From an uncultured cyanobacterium (GTDB taxonomy: Bacteria > Cyanobacteriota > Cyanobacteriia > Cyanobacteriales > CAWCAG01), in assembly GCA_963803805.1 (NCBI GenBank), contig CAWDOD010000002.1:96001-160000 (forward strand): a stretch of DNA of 64,000 nt, given 5' to 3'. Of the stretch, positions 12,258 to 24,036 are shown one piece after another (the first letter of the stretch is position 1; every line of letters starts with the position of its first letter). The translations under genes were made by a program, and so were the position numbers. The notes beneath the pieces were generated by a model. It saw nothing but the letters and a program-made list of their open reading frames with translations, had not been told where the DNA came from and did no database searches.

Positions 12258-13502
12258 ATGGACGCAGTTTGGGATCAACTAACTCATAAAAAAGCCTTTC
12301 CAGAAATAGGTGTCGGTTTGTATAAACTTGATAAAGCTAATTCCGATGTTATCTTAATTGTGGATGATACTCCTAGCAATTTACAGGTTTTATTTGCTTG
12401 TTTAGAAAGTACAGGCTTTAAAGTCTTAGTGGCGCAAAATGGAGAAGATGCCCTACAAATAGCCACATCAGAAATTCCTGACTTAATATTATTAGATATA
12501 CTAATGCCAGGTATGGATGGCTTTGCTGTTTGCAGCCAATTGAAGGCTAATACTCAAACTGAACATATACCTGTTATTTTTATGACAGCCCTCACTGAGA
12601 CTATTAAAAAAGTTAAAGGTTTTGAAGTGGGGGGAATTGATTATATTACTAAACCTATTGAACAAGAAGAAGTTTTAGTTCGTATCCGTACCCATCTTAA
12701 ATTGCAAAAGATGCAACAGTATATCCAAGGGCAAAACGAACAACTTCAATCAGAAATTCATCGTCGCCAACAAGCAGAAGAAGAACTTGTTAAAGCATTA
12801 GATAAAGAACGGGAACTCAATCAACTTAAGTCCCACTTTATTGCTATGACTTCCCATCAATTTCGTACCCCTTTGACTACAATTCTCGGCGCTACAGAAT
12901 TACTTCAATCTTATAGCGATCGCCTTAGTTTAGAGAAGAAGAAAAATCATTTCAGCCGTATTAGAGATAATGTCGGACACATGACTCAAATGCTAGATGA
13001 TATCTTGCTTATTGGTCAAGATGAAGCAGAAGAGTTGAATTTTAATCCTACTCCTCTTAATGTCCTCGAATTATGTCAAAATTTGGTGGCAAATTTCCAA
13101 GATAGTAGCAAGAGTCAACCCATAATTGCTTTTACTCATCAAGGAGTTTGCACTGAAGATAGCAGTAAATGGCCTTTAGTAGATAAAAAAATTCTTAACC
13201 ACATCCTTGATAATTTACTCTCCAATGCTCTGAAATATTCACCAACCGATAGTCAAGTGGATTTTGTTTTAGAATGTCAAGCAGAGCAGATAACTTTTCA
13301 GATTAAAGACCGAGGAATGGGTATTCCTTTAGCAGATCAAAAACACCTTTTTGAACCATTTTATCGTGCTAGTAATACTGATTCGGTGCATGGTACAGGC
13401 TTAGGATTAACTATTGTCAAAAAAGCAGTGGATTTGCACGGTGGAAAAATCACTTTTGAAAGTAACCCCGGCATTGGTACTACTTTTACTGTTACAATTT
13501 AA
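12258..13502 (+). CDS. Receiver-His kinase hybrid
   Basis: IVDD..LLDILMP..TKP receiver; SHQFRTPL H-box; NALKYS and GTGLGL. Confidence 0.92.
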   Translation: MDAVWDQLTHKKAFPEIGVGLYKLDKANSDVILIVDDTPSNLQVLFACLESTGFKVLVAQNGEDALQIATSEIPDLILLDILMPGMDGFAVCSQLKANTQTEHIPVIFMTALTETIKKVKGFEVGGIDYITKPIEQEEVLVRIRTHLKLQKMQQYIQGQNEQLQSEIHRRQQAEEELVKALDKERELNQLKSHFIAMTSHQFRTPLTTILGATELLQSYSDRLSLEKKKNHFSRIRDNVGHMTQMLDDILLIGQDEAEELNFNPTPLNVLELCQNLVANFQDSSKSQPIIAFTHQGVCTEDSSKWPLVDKKILNHILDNLLSNALKYSPTDSQVDFVLECQAEQITFQIKDRGMGIPLADQKHLFEPFYRASNTDSVHGTGLGLTIVKKAVDLHGGKITFESNPGIGTTFTVTI

Positions 13503-13850
13503 GACAAGATTCTTACAACCAAAGCCACATTTTGTCAACAGGGGATTAAATTTAGTCCCAAAAATAAGTAATTGTATTATAAATTGTAGTATTGCAAATT
13601 TTCTGTCCCAAAGCTGTTTGATTTCAGTCAAAGCCCCATTTTACATCGATTTTGCTCAGTTAAAGATGGCTTTAGGCACAGAAAAGCCCAATATATCATT
13701 GTTTATAAATCTTGATTAATTCTATTACAAAAGAAACCCCTGTCAATACCTTGTTAAATCGTTCTCAACATAACTTCATAAAGATGCTCAAAAATTTCTG
13801 AAGTTTAAATGGTTTAAACCTTGACTACAAGAAAGGAAAGTTTTACTTAT

Positions 13851-13938
<88 letters not shown>

Positions 13939-14337
13939 AAATCTTATACTTGGTGAGGATATTTTATTTATTGAAGTTCTCTAACTTGAGCTTCGGAGTT
14001 GGAAAGAATTTGATAAGTTTGGAGCTAACTTATCTAACAGAATCACTGTCGCTGATATGAGTTCGCGGAGCATTGCTGTAGGCTTATCGGTCTTAGATAA
14101 TAAAATGCTGTCCCTATAGAATAAAGTAGGACTTACGCAGTGAGTCGAATTTAGTATCAAATAGAATTGCTATAGATACTTGGTGCTTTTGATACAACTT
14201 GAGGATTACTTACAAATAATACACAGATAGAGAATTATTTGAAGCTAACATGAAAGAACTTACATTACAAGTAACTCTTCGTCCTTTATAAAGATTAAGT
14301 TAGTTTTAAGTTGCTATAAGGAGAATCTCAAAAAATA

Positions 14338-17300
14338 ATGACAGCGAAACTGACAAAGCAAATTAGTCAGTTAAGAGCAACTCTAGGCACTATGGAAGTC
14401 GCATTAGGAGAAGTGGGGGATGCTATTACCTGGACTGACGCACTCGGTCGTATACAGTGGTGTAATGCCGCTTTTGCTGACTTAGTTGGGCAACCCCACA
14501 TAACTATTTTAGGTACTCCTTTAACTGAATTATTACCTTTAACTAAGGGAAGCGAATCCGTTAAACCAGAATTTCATCCCCTTAATCAAGCATTAAAAAA
14601 GCAAACTAAAGGCAAAGAATGTTACGAATATAATCGTCATGACAAGATAATTAGCTTAGAAATATCTTGGTCATACTTGCATATTAATAACTCTACTGAA
14701 CCAAAGGAAACAATTAGGACGGTTATTGTCATCCGCGACATCACAACCTACCAACAAGTAGAAGATATTTTACAATGTCGAGTAGCCCAACGAACGAAGG
14801 AATTAACCCTTGCCAACGAACAACTACAACGAGAAAAAGATTATTTTAGCGCTACATTTGACCGTGCTGCGATAGGCATTGCTCGTATTAGTTTAGAGGG
14901 GAAGTTTCTACGGGTTAATCCGAAACTTTGCCAAATTGTTAATTACTCTCAAGAAGAACTTAAGCAAAAGACTTTTATTGATATTAGCTACCCTGAAGAT
15001 TTAGAGTTGGATAGAGAATATGTAGGGCAATTACTAGCAGGGAAAATCTCTACCTATTGTCGAGAAAAAAGATATCAAACCAAAGATGGTTCCCTGATTT
15101 GGGTCAAGGTAACAGTCTCTTTAGTTTACCAAACTTCTGGTCAGCCGGACTATTTTATTTCAATCATCGAAGATATTAGCTTGCATAAACAATCTGAGCA
15201 AGCAATTCGTACCACAACCTCACGACTCACTGCCTTAATTAAAAATCTGCAAGCGGGGGTACTATTAACCAATGAATCTGGCAAAGTCATCTTAGCTAAC
15301 CAGAAATTTTGTCATCTTTTTCAAATTACAGTTTCTCCCGAAGAATTGATTAATCTAGACTGTCTGGAAATTGCTCAAAATACCCACCAAGTTTTAGTTA
15401 ATCCTCAAGAATATATTGCCAGAATTGAAACTATTATTGCTCAGCAGCAAATTGTCATCAACGAAGAGTTAAACTTAGTTGATGGCAGAACTGTTGAGCG
15501 TAATTATGTACCGATTTTTATTGAAGAAAGTTACTATGGTCATCTCTGGCTCTATTGGGATACAACAGAACGTAAGCAGAGTCAAAAGTTATTACAAAAG
15601 CAGTATCAACAAACCCTATTATTAAAGCAAATTACCGAGGAAATTCGCCGCAGTTTAGATACAAAAAAAATTCTTCAAACTACAGTGACAGAAGTAAGTA
15701 AAGCTTTTGAGGTTAGCCGTTGTGTAATTTACAATTATCAAGAACAACCAACTTCTCAACTCAACTGTTTAGCTGAATCTTTAAATGGTGAGTATAGCTC
15801 AATTCTAGATATAAATATCCCAGTTGCAGATGATGCCTTCGCCCAACAAGTTTTTGCCTGTGACAAAGCTGTTGCTGCCGATGATGTTTATCAAAATCCT
15901 CGACTTAAGTCATCTGCTCAAATCTGCCGTCAAGTAGACTTAAAATCGATTTTAGCTGTCCGTACTTCCTATCAAGGTAAACATAATGGCGTACTTGCTT
16001 TACATCAATGCGATCGCTTCCGCCACTGGAGTCGTGAAGAAATTGAACTCTTAGAAGCGGTTGCCAGCCAAGTAGGTATCGCCCTTGCCCAAGCTAGACT
16101 CCTAGAACAAGAAACTAGACACAAAAAAGCGGCTGAAGCTGCCAACAGAGCTAAAAGCGAATTTCTAGCCACTATGAGCCATGAAATACGCACTCCCATG
16201 AATGCTACCATCGGCATGACAGGAATCCTTTTAGATACGCCTTTATCCCCTCAACAAAAGGGTTATGTGGAAATTATCCGTAACAGTGGTGAAGCTTTAC
16301 TGGTAATTATTAATGATATCCTTGATTTTTCTAAAATTGAGTCAGGGAAACTAGAATTAGAAGAGCAACCCTTTGAATTGCAAGTCTGTCTAGAAAATGC
16401 TTTAGATTTAATTGCCCCAGAAGCAACAGAAAAAGGACTAGAGTTAGTTTATACCGTTGAGCCAAAGATTCCTACCCTTTTATTAGGAGATGTGACAAGG
16501 CTACGCCAAATCTTAGTTAATCTCCTCAGTAATGCTCTCAAATTTACCGCTACAGGAGAGATTGTGGTAGTAGTTTCCCTAGTTGAACAAAGCCAGGATA
16601 ATCTGTATACCATTCAATTTAGCGTCAAAGATACCGGTATTGGTATTTCTGGTGAACAACAGCAACGCCTCTTTAAATCTTTTAGTCAAGTTGATACCTC
16701 TACAACCCGTGAATATGGCGGTACAGGTTTAGGTTTAGCCATCAGCAAGCGTTTAACGGAAATGATGGGAGGTTGTATGTGGGTTGAAAGTGAACTTGGG
16801 GTTGGCTCAACTTTTTATTTTACAACTTCATTTCCCTTAGCGCCTGCTTCCGGGGCAAGTAATCGCCATGGTTGCGAGACGAATTTAGTCGGGAAACGTC
16901 TGCTTATTGTGGATGATAATGCTATCAATCGCCAATTTTTAACCCACCTTACCCAAGCTTGGGGTTTAGTAGCGATAACTGCTGCTTCTGGTTTAGCAGC
17001 CCTGGATTTACTCAAAGAAGATGATGGCTTTGATTTATTAATTTTTGACTTGCGAATGCCGAAAATGGATGGTTTTCACCTTGCTAAAGCTGTTCGCTGT
17101 CTCCCAACTTATCAACAAGCACCGATTATCATGATTACAGCTTTAGGTTTAGTGGCTAAAGATGTAGATCCCCATCGAGAAGTTAACTTTGCTGCCTGGT
17201 TGCAAAATCCAGTAAAAAAGTCCCGACTTTATGAAGCAATCGTTGATATTTTTGCTCAACCTGCAACACCTGAATTTAGCTCTAGGGAATCGGAAACTGC

Positions 17301-18132
17301 TTTGAGGAAAGTTTACCGCCCAGTAAAAAATTCTGAACCAGAAACAAGCTTTCCCCCCCTACCACTAAAAATACTCTTAGCTGAAGATAATCGAGTTAAC
17401 CAGCAAGTAGCTCTTTTAATTTTAGAAAAATTAGGCTATCGAGCAGATGTTGTTAGTAATGGGCAGGAAGTTTTGAAAGCCCTTCAGCGATGTAATTATG
17501 ACCTTATTTTAATGGATGTGGAAATGCCCCAAATGGATGGCTTCACTGCCGCACGTCTAATTTGTCAAGGCTGGGGAATCCATGAGCGCCCCCAGATTGT
17601 TGCTGTGACAGCCTACGCTATGCAAGGAGACAAAGAAAAATGCTTGCAAGCAGGGATGGATGGTTATGTTAGCAAGCCGATTCGCGAGTCAGAGTTACAG
17701 CCGCTCTTACAACAAGCTAGCCTCATAGCTAGAGAAAAACAACTGGATTTCAAGAAAAATAGTTCAGTCCTTACTTCCTTTCAAGTTATAGACTATCAAG
17801 TTTTGGATTCTCTAAAAAAGCTGGGTAGAGCCAAAGCCAAAGGCATTTTGACGACAATTATTGAGCAGTATTTTGAAGATGCCCCCCAAAACATTGCTAA
17901 AATACATACTGCCATTGCCCAAGGGGACTGTCAAACTCTTCGTCATGCCAGCCATAGTTTGCGCTCAAGCAGTGCTAATTTGGGGGCAGTTGTCCTCTCT
18001 CAATATTGTCAAGATATAGAAGATATAGCTCGTCAAGGAAGTACACAAATTTCTTCTCAACAGCTTATGCAGATTGAGGCGGAGTATGAGAAAGTTAAAA
18101 AAGCTTTGCAATCGGAATGTCAGAATGGGTGA
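14338..18132 (+). CDS. Multi-sensor hybrid His kinase: PAS x3, GAF, HisKA, HATPase, two receivers, Hpt
   Basis: [17 protein letters not shown], two receiver domains, C-terminal [12 protein letters not shown]pt motif. Confidence 0.93.
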   Translation: MTAKLTKQISQLRATLGTMEVALGEVGDAITWTDALGRIQWCNAAFADLVGQPHITILGTPLTELLPLTKGSESVKPEFHPLNQALKKQTKGKECYEYNRHDKIISLEISWSYLHINNSTEPKETIRTVIVIRDITTYQQVEDILQCRVAQRTKELTLANEQLQREKDYFSATFDRAAIGIARISLEGKFLRVNPKLCQIVNYSQEELKQKTFIDISYPEDLELDREYVGQLLAGKISTYCREKRYQTKDGSLIWVKVTVSLVYQTSGQPDYFISIIEDISLHKQSEQAIRTTTSRLTALIKNLQAGVLLTNESGKVILANQKFCHLFQITVSPEELINLDCLEIAQNTHQVLVNPQEYIARIETIIAQQQIVINEELNLVDGRTVERNYVPIFIEESYYGHLWLYWDTTERKQSQKLLQKQYQQTLLLKQITEEIRRSLDTKKILQTTVTEVSKAFEVSRCVIYNYQEQPTSQLNCLAESLNGEYSSILDINIPVADDAFAQQVFACDKAVAADDVYQNPRLKSSAQICRQVDLKSILAVRTSYQGKHNGVLALHQCDRFRHWSREEIELLEAVASQVGIALAQARLLEQETRHKKAAEAANRAKSEFLATMSHEIRTPMNATIGMTGILLDTPLSPQQKGYVEIIRNSGEALLVIINDILDFSKIESGKLELEEQPFELQVCLENALDLIAPEATEKGLELVYTVEPKIPTLLLGDVTRLRQILVNLLSNALKFTATGEIVVVVSLVEQSQDNLYTIQFSVKDTGIGISGEQQQRLFKSFSQVDTSTTREYGGTGLGLAISKRLTEMMGGCMWVESELGVGSTFYFTTSFPLAPASGASNRHGCETNLVGKRLLIVDDNAINRQFLTHLTQAWGLVAITAASGLAALDLLKEDDGFDLLIFDLRMPKMDGFHLAKAVRCLPTYQQAPIIMITALGLVAKDVDPHREVNFAAWLQNPVKKSRLYEAIVDIFAQPATPEFSSRESETALRKVYRPVKNSEPETSFPPLPLKILLAEDNRVNQQVALLILEKLGYRADVVSNGQEVLKALQRCNYDLILMDVEMPQMDGFTAARLICQGWGIHERPQIVAVTAYAMQGDKEKCLQAGMDGYVSKPIRESELQPLLQQASLIAREKQLDFKKNSSVLTSFQVIDYQVLDSLKKLGRAKAKGILTTIIEQYFEDAPQNIAKIHTAIAQGDCQTLRHASHSLRSSSANLGAVVLSQYCQDIEDIARQGSTQISSQQLMQIEAEYEKVKKALQSECQNG

Positions 18133-19069
18133 AACTAGCACAGTTTTTCAGCAAGAAAGTCCTTTAATTTTAGTAATTGATGATGATCGTTCTATGAGGA
18201 CACTTCTTAATTTGGCGATGGAAGAAGAAGGCTACCGGGTTATGGATGCCAAAGATGGAGAGCAGGGAATTAGGGAATATCGCCGCTGTCAACCAGATAT
18301 GGTACTTCTTGATGCGGTTATGCCAGGAATGGATGGTTTTACCTGTTGTCAGAGAATTAGGGAACTTCCGGGAGGCGATCGCACACCAATTTTGATGATT
18401 ACGGTGCTTGATGATCAAGATTCTGTGGATCAAGCTTTTGAAGCTGGCACTACTGATTACATTACTAAGCCAATTCACTGGGCTGTACTTTCTCAAAGGG
18501 TACAACGTCTCCTTTTGGCTTATCAAGCTTTCAAAGAAGCCCAAGAAGCAAAGTCTCAGTTACGTCAGCACCAAGGCTGGCAAGAGTTATTTAAAAGTAT
18601 TATTGAGGAGTTAAGTTCAGTAGAGAACCTTGAAGTAATACTAAACAATACAGTCACTAATTTACAGGTTTTATTGCAAGTCGAAAGGGTAGCCATACAA
18701 ACTCTAGACGGTAAATTAATTATAGAAGCCGTTGCTCCTAATTGCCTCCCTTTAACAGAGTTATCTTTACTAGATCCTATTTTACAAGAATATTATGGCC
18801 AAAATTATCATCAAGGAGAAATCATTGCTATTGATAAGATATCAGAAGCAAGATTTCCAGAAGAAGTAGTTACAAGCTTTGAAAAAAGCGCAGTAAAGTC
18901 TTTGTTATTTGTCCCCATTTTAGTTGCCGGAAAATTGTGGGGAGTTTTATTAATTCATAAATGTCTTGTTTTTCACACCTGGGAAAAAAATACTCAAGAA
19001 TATCTCGTTTATTTAAGCAAATTATTAGCGATCGCAGTTTACCAAGCTCAATTGAGTAGTAAGACTTAA
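18125..19069 (+). CDS. Response regulator: receiver plus C-terminal GAF domain
   Basis: [32 protein letters not shown]. The ATG at 18125 overlaps the upstream kinase stop. Confidence 0.88.
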   Translation: MGETSTVFQQESPLILVIDDDRSMRTLLNLAMEEEGYRVMDAKDGEQGIREYRRCQPDMVLLDAVMPGMDGFTCCQRIRELPGGDRTPILMITVLDDQDSVDQAFEAGTTDYITKPIHWAVLSQRVQRLLLAYQAFKEAQEAKSQLRQHQGWQELFKSIIEELSSVENLEVILNNTVTNLQVLLQVERVAIQTLDGKLIIEAVAPNCLPLTELSLLDPILQEYYGQNYHQGEIIAIDKISEARFPEEVVTSFEKSAVKSLLFVPILVAGKLWGVLLIHKCLVFHTWEKNTQEYLVYLSKLLAIAVYQAQLSSKT

Positions 19070-19072
19070 ACC

Positions 19073-20017
19073 ATGAACAGCTATGCAATCCTTGGTACAG
19101 GTGCTATTGGAGGTTATTACGGTGCTTGTTTACAAAGAGCAGGAAAGGAAGTTCACTTTCTTTTAAATAGAGATTATCATCACGTCAAAAAGCAGGGTTT
19201 AGTTATTGAATCTATCAATGGCAACTTCACTTTATCTCAAGTAAAAGCTTATCAAGATGTGCAGCAAATGCCCACCTGTGACGTAATTGTTGTTGCCCTA
19301 AAAACCACCCAAAATCATCTTCTCCCTTACCTACTCCCCCCTTTATTAAAAGAAAATAGTACTATTTTATTATTACAAAATGGTTTAGGAGTAGAAGAAA
19401 AAATAGCCGAATTCGCCAATAGCCAAGCCATTATAGGAGGACTCTGTTTCGTTTGCTCCAATAAAACTGCACCAGGACATATTCGCCATTTAGACTACGG
19501 TTACATAACCATTGGTGCATATAATCCTAACTATCAAGCTGCTGGTATTACCAAAGAAATGGAGGAGATCGCCAAAGATTTTGCTAATGCAGCCATAGAA
19601 ATAAAATTTAGTCAAGACTTGCTTAAATCCCGGTGGCAAAAGTTAGTTTGGAACATACCCTATAATGGCTTATCAGTAGTTTTAGATGCAACAACTAAAC
19701 AAATAATGCTTGAAGAAAGTAGCCGTTGTTTAGTAGAGAAAATCATGACAGAAGTTGCAGCCGGAGCAAAGAGTGAAGGCAAAGAAATTACTAATGATTA
19801 TATTCAAACTATGTTGAATTATACCAAACAGATGAAACCCTATCATACTAGTATGAAGTTAGATTATGATAATCATCGTCCCTTAGAAATAGAGGCAATC
19901 GTTGGCAACCCTTTAAAACGTGCTGCTCATCAAGGAATAATTTTACCTAAGATTGAGATGCTCTACCAACAATTAAAATTTCTAGATACTGCCAACCGAC
20001 CGAATGTAGCTTATTAA
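19073..20017 (+). CDS. panE: 2-dehydropantoate 2-reductase (ApbA/PanE family)
   Basis: GTGAIGGYYG, LQNGLG, WQKLVWN, TSMKLD, EIEAIVG motifs. Confidence 0.88.
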   Translation: MNSYAILGTGAIGGYYGACLQRAGKEVHFLLNRDYHHVKKQGLVIESINGNFTLSQVKAYQDVQQMPTCDVIVVALKTTQNHLLPYLLPPLLKENSTILLLQNGLGVEEKIAEFANSQAIIGGLCFVCSNKTAPGHIRHLDYGYITIGAYNPNYQAAGITKEMEEIAKDFANAAIEIKFSQDLLKSRWQKLVWNIPYNGLSVVLDATTKQIMLEESSRCLVEKIMTEVAAGAKSEGKEITNDYIQTMLNYTKQMKPYHTSMKLDYDNHRPLEIEAIVGNPLKRAAHQGIILPKIEMLYQQLKFLDTANRPNVAY

Positions 20018-20073
20018 CAACCAATATCTTGTTTGCCCTTGCTAGAGGCTAAAATGCTTAATGATAAATGACA

Positions 20074-21174
20074 TTAGGCCTTACCTAATGGTAAACTAAT
20101 CGTAAAAGTAGTACCTTCTTGTAACTCACTTTCTACAGAAATTGTGCCTCGATGAATTTCTGTAAGTTTTTTAACAATAGCCAAACCTAATCCTGTGCCA
20201 GGAATCTCGCCAACATTACTAGCTCTACGAAAGCTTTTAAAAAGTTCCTGTAAGTCTTGAGGAGGTATACCAATACCTTGATCTTGAATACAAAAAACTG
20301 CAAAATTATTATCACAACTCAAATAAAAATTAATAGGTTGATTATTAGGAGAATATTTAATTGCATTAGACAGTAAGTTCGTAAGAATCTGCCTCAGTAG
20401 TTTGGCATCCATATAAGCTTCCTGACAAGAATTTTTAAATACCAAGTTAATCGGTGATCTAGTTTGGAAAATAAGCTGTAACTCATCTACCAACTCTTGG
20501 CAAAACTCAACTAAGTTGAGATGATTAGGATTAAATCCTAAGCTACCAACTTCGGCTTTACCAATAATTAAAATGTCTTCAAGCAAATTATCCATTTGCC
20601 GAACAGCTTGTTGAATTTTGTGAATATATCTCAGCTTCTTTTCTTCTTCCCAAGTAGAACTAAAACTCTCTAGCAATTCTGCTGCTAAAGAAACCACAGA
20701 CAGAGGAGTACGTAAATCATGGGAAGTCATGGAAAGAAAGCGATGCTTCAACTGATTGATTTCTCTTTCTTTTTCTAAAGCTTGACGTACTTCTTTTTCC
20801 GCTTGATACCGACTCAATGCTATCTCAATAGTAGTTTGTAAATCACGTTCTTCAAAAGGTTTCACTACATAACCAAAAGGTTTAGTTTGTTTTACTCTTT
20901 GCAAAGTTTTGATATCGCTATGAGCGGTTAAGTATACAATGGGAATATGAAAAGCATCTTGAATTTGTTTCGCTGCTTCTACACCATCATATTTTCCTTT
21001 CAAGCTAATATCCATGATTACTAAATCTGGAGTAATTATTTGAGCCTTAGCAATAGCTTTTTCTCCAGAACTAATTACTGCTGGGACATCATAGCCCATA
21101 TCCTTAAGAGCTTTTCTAATCCCCATACCGACAATTGTTTCATCTTCAACTACTAAAATAGTCGTTGAACTCAT
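20074..21174 (-). CDS. Receiver-His kinase hybrid
   Basis: VVEDE..IMDISL..VKP; SHDLRTPL; NAIKYS; GTGLGL. Start overlaps the upstream stop (ATGA). Confidence 0.92.
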   Translation of the reverse strand: MSSTTILVVEDETIVGMGIRKALKDMGYDVPAVISSGEKAIAKAQIITPDLVIMDISLKGKYDGVEAAKQIQDAFHIPIVYLTAHSDIKTLQRVKQTKPFGYVVKPFEERDLQTTIEIALSRYQAEKEVRQALEKEREINQLKHRFLSMTSHDLRTPLSVVSLAAELLESFSSTWEEEKKLRYIHKIQQAVRQMDNLLEDILIIGKAEVGSLGFNPNHLNLVEFCQELVDELQLIFQTRSPINLVFKNSCQEAYMDAKLLRQILTNLLSNAIKYSPNNQPINFYLSCDNNFAVFCIQDQGIGIPPQDLQELFKSFRRASNVGEIPGTGLGLAIVKKLTEIHRGTISVESELQEGTTFTISLPLGKA

Positions 21175-23819
21175 GTTACTTCCTCCTGATGTTTGGGGTA
21201 AGGAAAATTTATTTCAAAATAGGTTCCTTGTCCTCGTTTAATTTTGATGTCCCCTTCTAGTTGCTCAGTCAAGTTATAAACTAACTGTAATCCTAAAGAA
21301 TCAGCTTCTTCAAGTTTCAGGTCTTCTTGTAAGCCAATACCATTATCTTTAACTAATAAAGTTACTTTCTGGTAGTCATTTATGCTTAATTTGAGCAGTA
21401 CTAAACCATCTTCTTTTTCAATAAAAGCATATTTAAGAGAATTAGATACTAGTTCATTAATAATTAGTCCGCAGGGTATAGCTGTATCAATATCAAGCAA
21501 AATATCTTCTATTTCTAAGCGCAACTTAATTTTTTTATTGGAAATACTATAGGAATGTAAAATATTGTTGGTTAAATTGTTGATATATTCTTGAGCATTA
21601 ATTTGAGCTAGATTAGGAGAATGATATAACTTCTCATGAATAAGAGCCATAGTCTTAACACGATTATTACTCTCTTCAAATAAAGCTAAAACCTTCTCAT
21701 CTTTGACATAGCTAGACTGCAATTTTAATAAACTAGAAATGACTTGTAAGTTATTCTTAACTCGATGATGAATTTCTTTAAGTAAAACTTCTTTTTCTTT
21801 AAGAGATGCCGTAATTTTTGTCTCAGCTTGCTTACGTTCAATAATTTCTTCTTGCAATTCTGCCATAACTTGGCGCAACTCAGCAGTACGTCGAGCTACT
21901 CTTATTTCCAATTCTTCATTGGTTATTTCCAAAATACTAGCTAAGGTTGCATAGCGTTCCTCACTAGCTCGTAAAGAAGCTTCTGCTTGTTGACGTTCGA
22001 TAATTTCTTGTCTTAAGTTTTTATTGACTTGTTCTAGTTGTGCTGTTCTTTTTTTGACCCGTTTTTCTAATTGCCTACGAGCTTTTCCTAGCTCCTTGTT
22101 AACAGTTTCAAGTTCCTCTGTCCGTTGAATTACTCTTTGTTCTAACTCTTCATTTAACCTAAGAATTTCCGCTTCAGCAGCCTTTCTTTCTACTGCTTCA
22201 AAAGCTAAAGAAATTAAATCAGCAATGGAACCAGCAAAATTCTGCTCTTCTACAGTCCAGTGACGCATATTCGTAACTTGCTCGTGACAAATAACTCCTA
22301 TTAATTTACCATCTAAATAAACTGGTGCATCTAATACAGATTTAACTCGGTAAGGAATGAAATAAGCTTCTAGAAACTCTTTAGTTCTCTGATCAACATC
22401 AGTGTGTTCAACTGCAATAATACGTTCACTTTCTAAAGCTTGAAAATATCTAGAACCTTTGCCAATATTTAACTGAATGTCTGCTAAATGCTCTTTTGTA
22501 CTTAGACAAAACAAATCATGACAATGTATAGCTGAGTAATTTTTATTGCAAAGCCAAAAACCAACCTGATCCACTTCTAAAGTTTGGGCTGCTACTTGAG
22601 TTATTTTCTGCAAAGACGCAGCTATATTTCCTGAACTGAGGATTTTATTTTTGGCTAAATTCATCAAAACCTGATTATGCTTGCAAAGACGTTGCTCCCT
22701 TTCTTTCAAAGCAGTTTTTTCTCTTTGATACTCTTCTAATTCCCATTGAGAATGTTGATAAAGTTCCGATTGCTGAATAGCTTTGCCCACTTGAAAAGCA
22801 AGGTTTAAGAGCAAATTACTAGATGAAGAAGACCATTCCTTGGTAGATCTGCAATGATGAGCGCAAACCAAACCCCACAATTTCATATTTAGCAAAATTG
22901 GTACTGTTAACTTTGCTTTTGTCTGCCACTGCTCGAGTAATTTAATTTTACGATCACTAAGATTCGCTTCATAAATATTAGTGATTTTGCGGGTGAGATG
23001 TTGATAATAACTCTCTATCCAAATAGGCTCGAAACAAGATTTAGGTAGAGTTTCTCCTAACAGAGAAGGCCAATTCTTACCGACAGATTCTGCCACTACC
23101 ACCCCATCTCCTTTAGGATTAAAGCGACAAATAAATACTCTGTCAGTTTGGAGAAATTGACGTATTTTTTCAACAGTAGTATCAAGAACCTCTTGAAGAT
23201 TGAGAGATTGACGAATATCCCATGCTAAATTTGCTAGTAAGCGATTACATTCTGACTGTTCTTGGAGTTTTGCCGTACGTTTTTTAACCTGCTGTTCCAA
23301 TTGCAAGTTGCTCTGGGACAATAGGGTTTGCTTTTCTACTTGGAGGCGATTAAGCTGTTGTGTCAGGCTATCTACTAAACTAGTATCAATACTTCGTAAC
23401 AAACTTTTCGTTGTTATTACTCCTTGCAGTTTATTGTGCTTATCTAACACCATTAAATGACTCACATCAAGATGTTGCATTTCTTGAAAAGCCTTTTGTA
23501 AGTTATCTTCAGTTTTCAAGCAGAACAAAGGCGTACTCATTACTGCCTTAGCCTGGACAAAGTTAATATCTAATCCTTCTACTTGAAAACGTAGAATATC
23601 CCCTTTGGTAATAATTCCTAAAGGTGTTACAGGTTGATTGTCTAGTTCGTTTGTTAGGTTTTGAGTTATGACCACATATCCCAACTGATGCTCATACATT
23701 AACCGGGCAATATCTCGTATCAAACTAGTAGAATGTGCGCAAATAAAGTCACACTCTACAACTTGAGAAGCAGAGTTAATACAAGTATTGAGCAAAAATC
23801 TAGAGTCAGAAGGGAGCAT
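21171..23819 (-). CDS. CBS-GAF-GAF sensor kinase, HisKA_2 family
   Basis: CBS pair (MSTPL, GVITT), two GAF domains, coiled coil, EIHHRVKNNLQ H-box, DNGIG and SLGL. Confidence 0.9.
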   Translation of the reverse strand: MLPSDSRFLLNTCINSASQVVECDFICAHSTSLIRDIARLMYEHQLGYVVITQNLTNELDNQPVTPLGIITKGDILRFQVEGLDINFVQAKAVMSTPLFCLKTEDNLQKAFQEMQHLDVSHLMVLDKHNKLQGVITTKSLLRSIDTSLVDSLTQQLNRLQVEKQTLLSQSNLQLEQQVKKRTAKLQEQSECNRLLANLAWDIRQSLNLQEVLDTTVEKIRQFLQTDRVFICRFNPKGDGVVVAESVGKNWPSLLGETLPKSCFEPIWIESYYQHLTRKITNIYEANLSDRKIKLLEQWQTKAKLTVPILLNMKLWGLVCAHHCRSTKEWSSSSSNLLLNLAFQVGKAIQQSELYQHSQWELEEYQREKTALKEREQRLCKHNQVLMNLAKNKILSSGNIAASLQKITQVAAQTLEVDQVGFWLCNKNYSAIHCHDLFCLSTKEHLADIQLNIGKGSRYFQALESERIIAVEHTDVDQRTKEFLEAYFIPYRVKSVLDAPVYLDGKLIGVICHEQVTNMRHWTVEEQNFAGSIADLISLAFEAVERKAAEAEILRLNEELEQRVIQRTEELETVNKELGKARRQLEKRVKKRTAQLEQVNKNLRQEIIERQQAEASLRASEERYATLASILEITNEELEIRVARRTAELRQVMAELQEEIIERKQAETKITASLKEKEVLLKEIHHRVKNNLQVISSLLKLQSSYVKDEKVLALFEESNNRVKTMALIHEKLYHSPNLAQINAQEYINNLTNNILHSYSISNKKIKLRLEIEDILLDIDTAIPCGLIINELVSNSLKYAFIEKEDGLVLLKLSINDYQKVTLLVKDNGIGLQEDLKLEEADSLGLQLVYNLTEQLEGDIKIKRGQGTYFEINFPYPKHQEEVT

Positions 23820-24036
23820 AACTTTAATCTTTACTCACCTCAAGGAACATGGACAAAGATAACTTAACAATAGGTAATTCCCCATCACTTCATGATGATT
23901 GATGTTATGAATAAGGTAGTGACTCTAGTTATTTTTTTGTGCGATCGCAATCACATTAACTAGTGATACTAACTAAATTTGCGGAAAAATCCCCAAATAA
24001 AAATTAACTAATTTTAATCTACTGAGTTAACAAAAT

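Noticed and set aside
13407-13719. ORFs 13414-13719 (+) and 13407-13631 (-)
   Set aside because: They overlap the kinase 3' end with TTG/GTG-type starts and no recognisable motifs; likely spurious
14126-14140. TAGGACTTACGCA, resembling a common cyanobacterial MITE end
   Set aside because: No matching opposite end or target duplication found, so no element can be delimited
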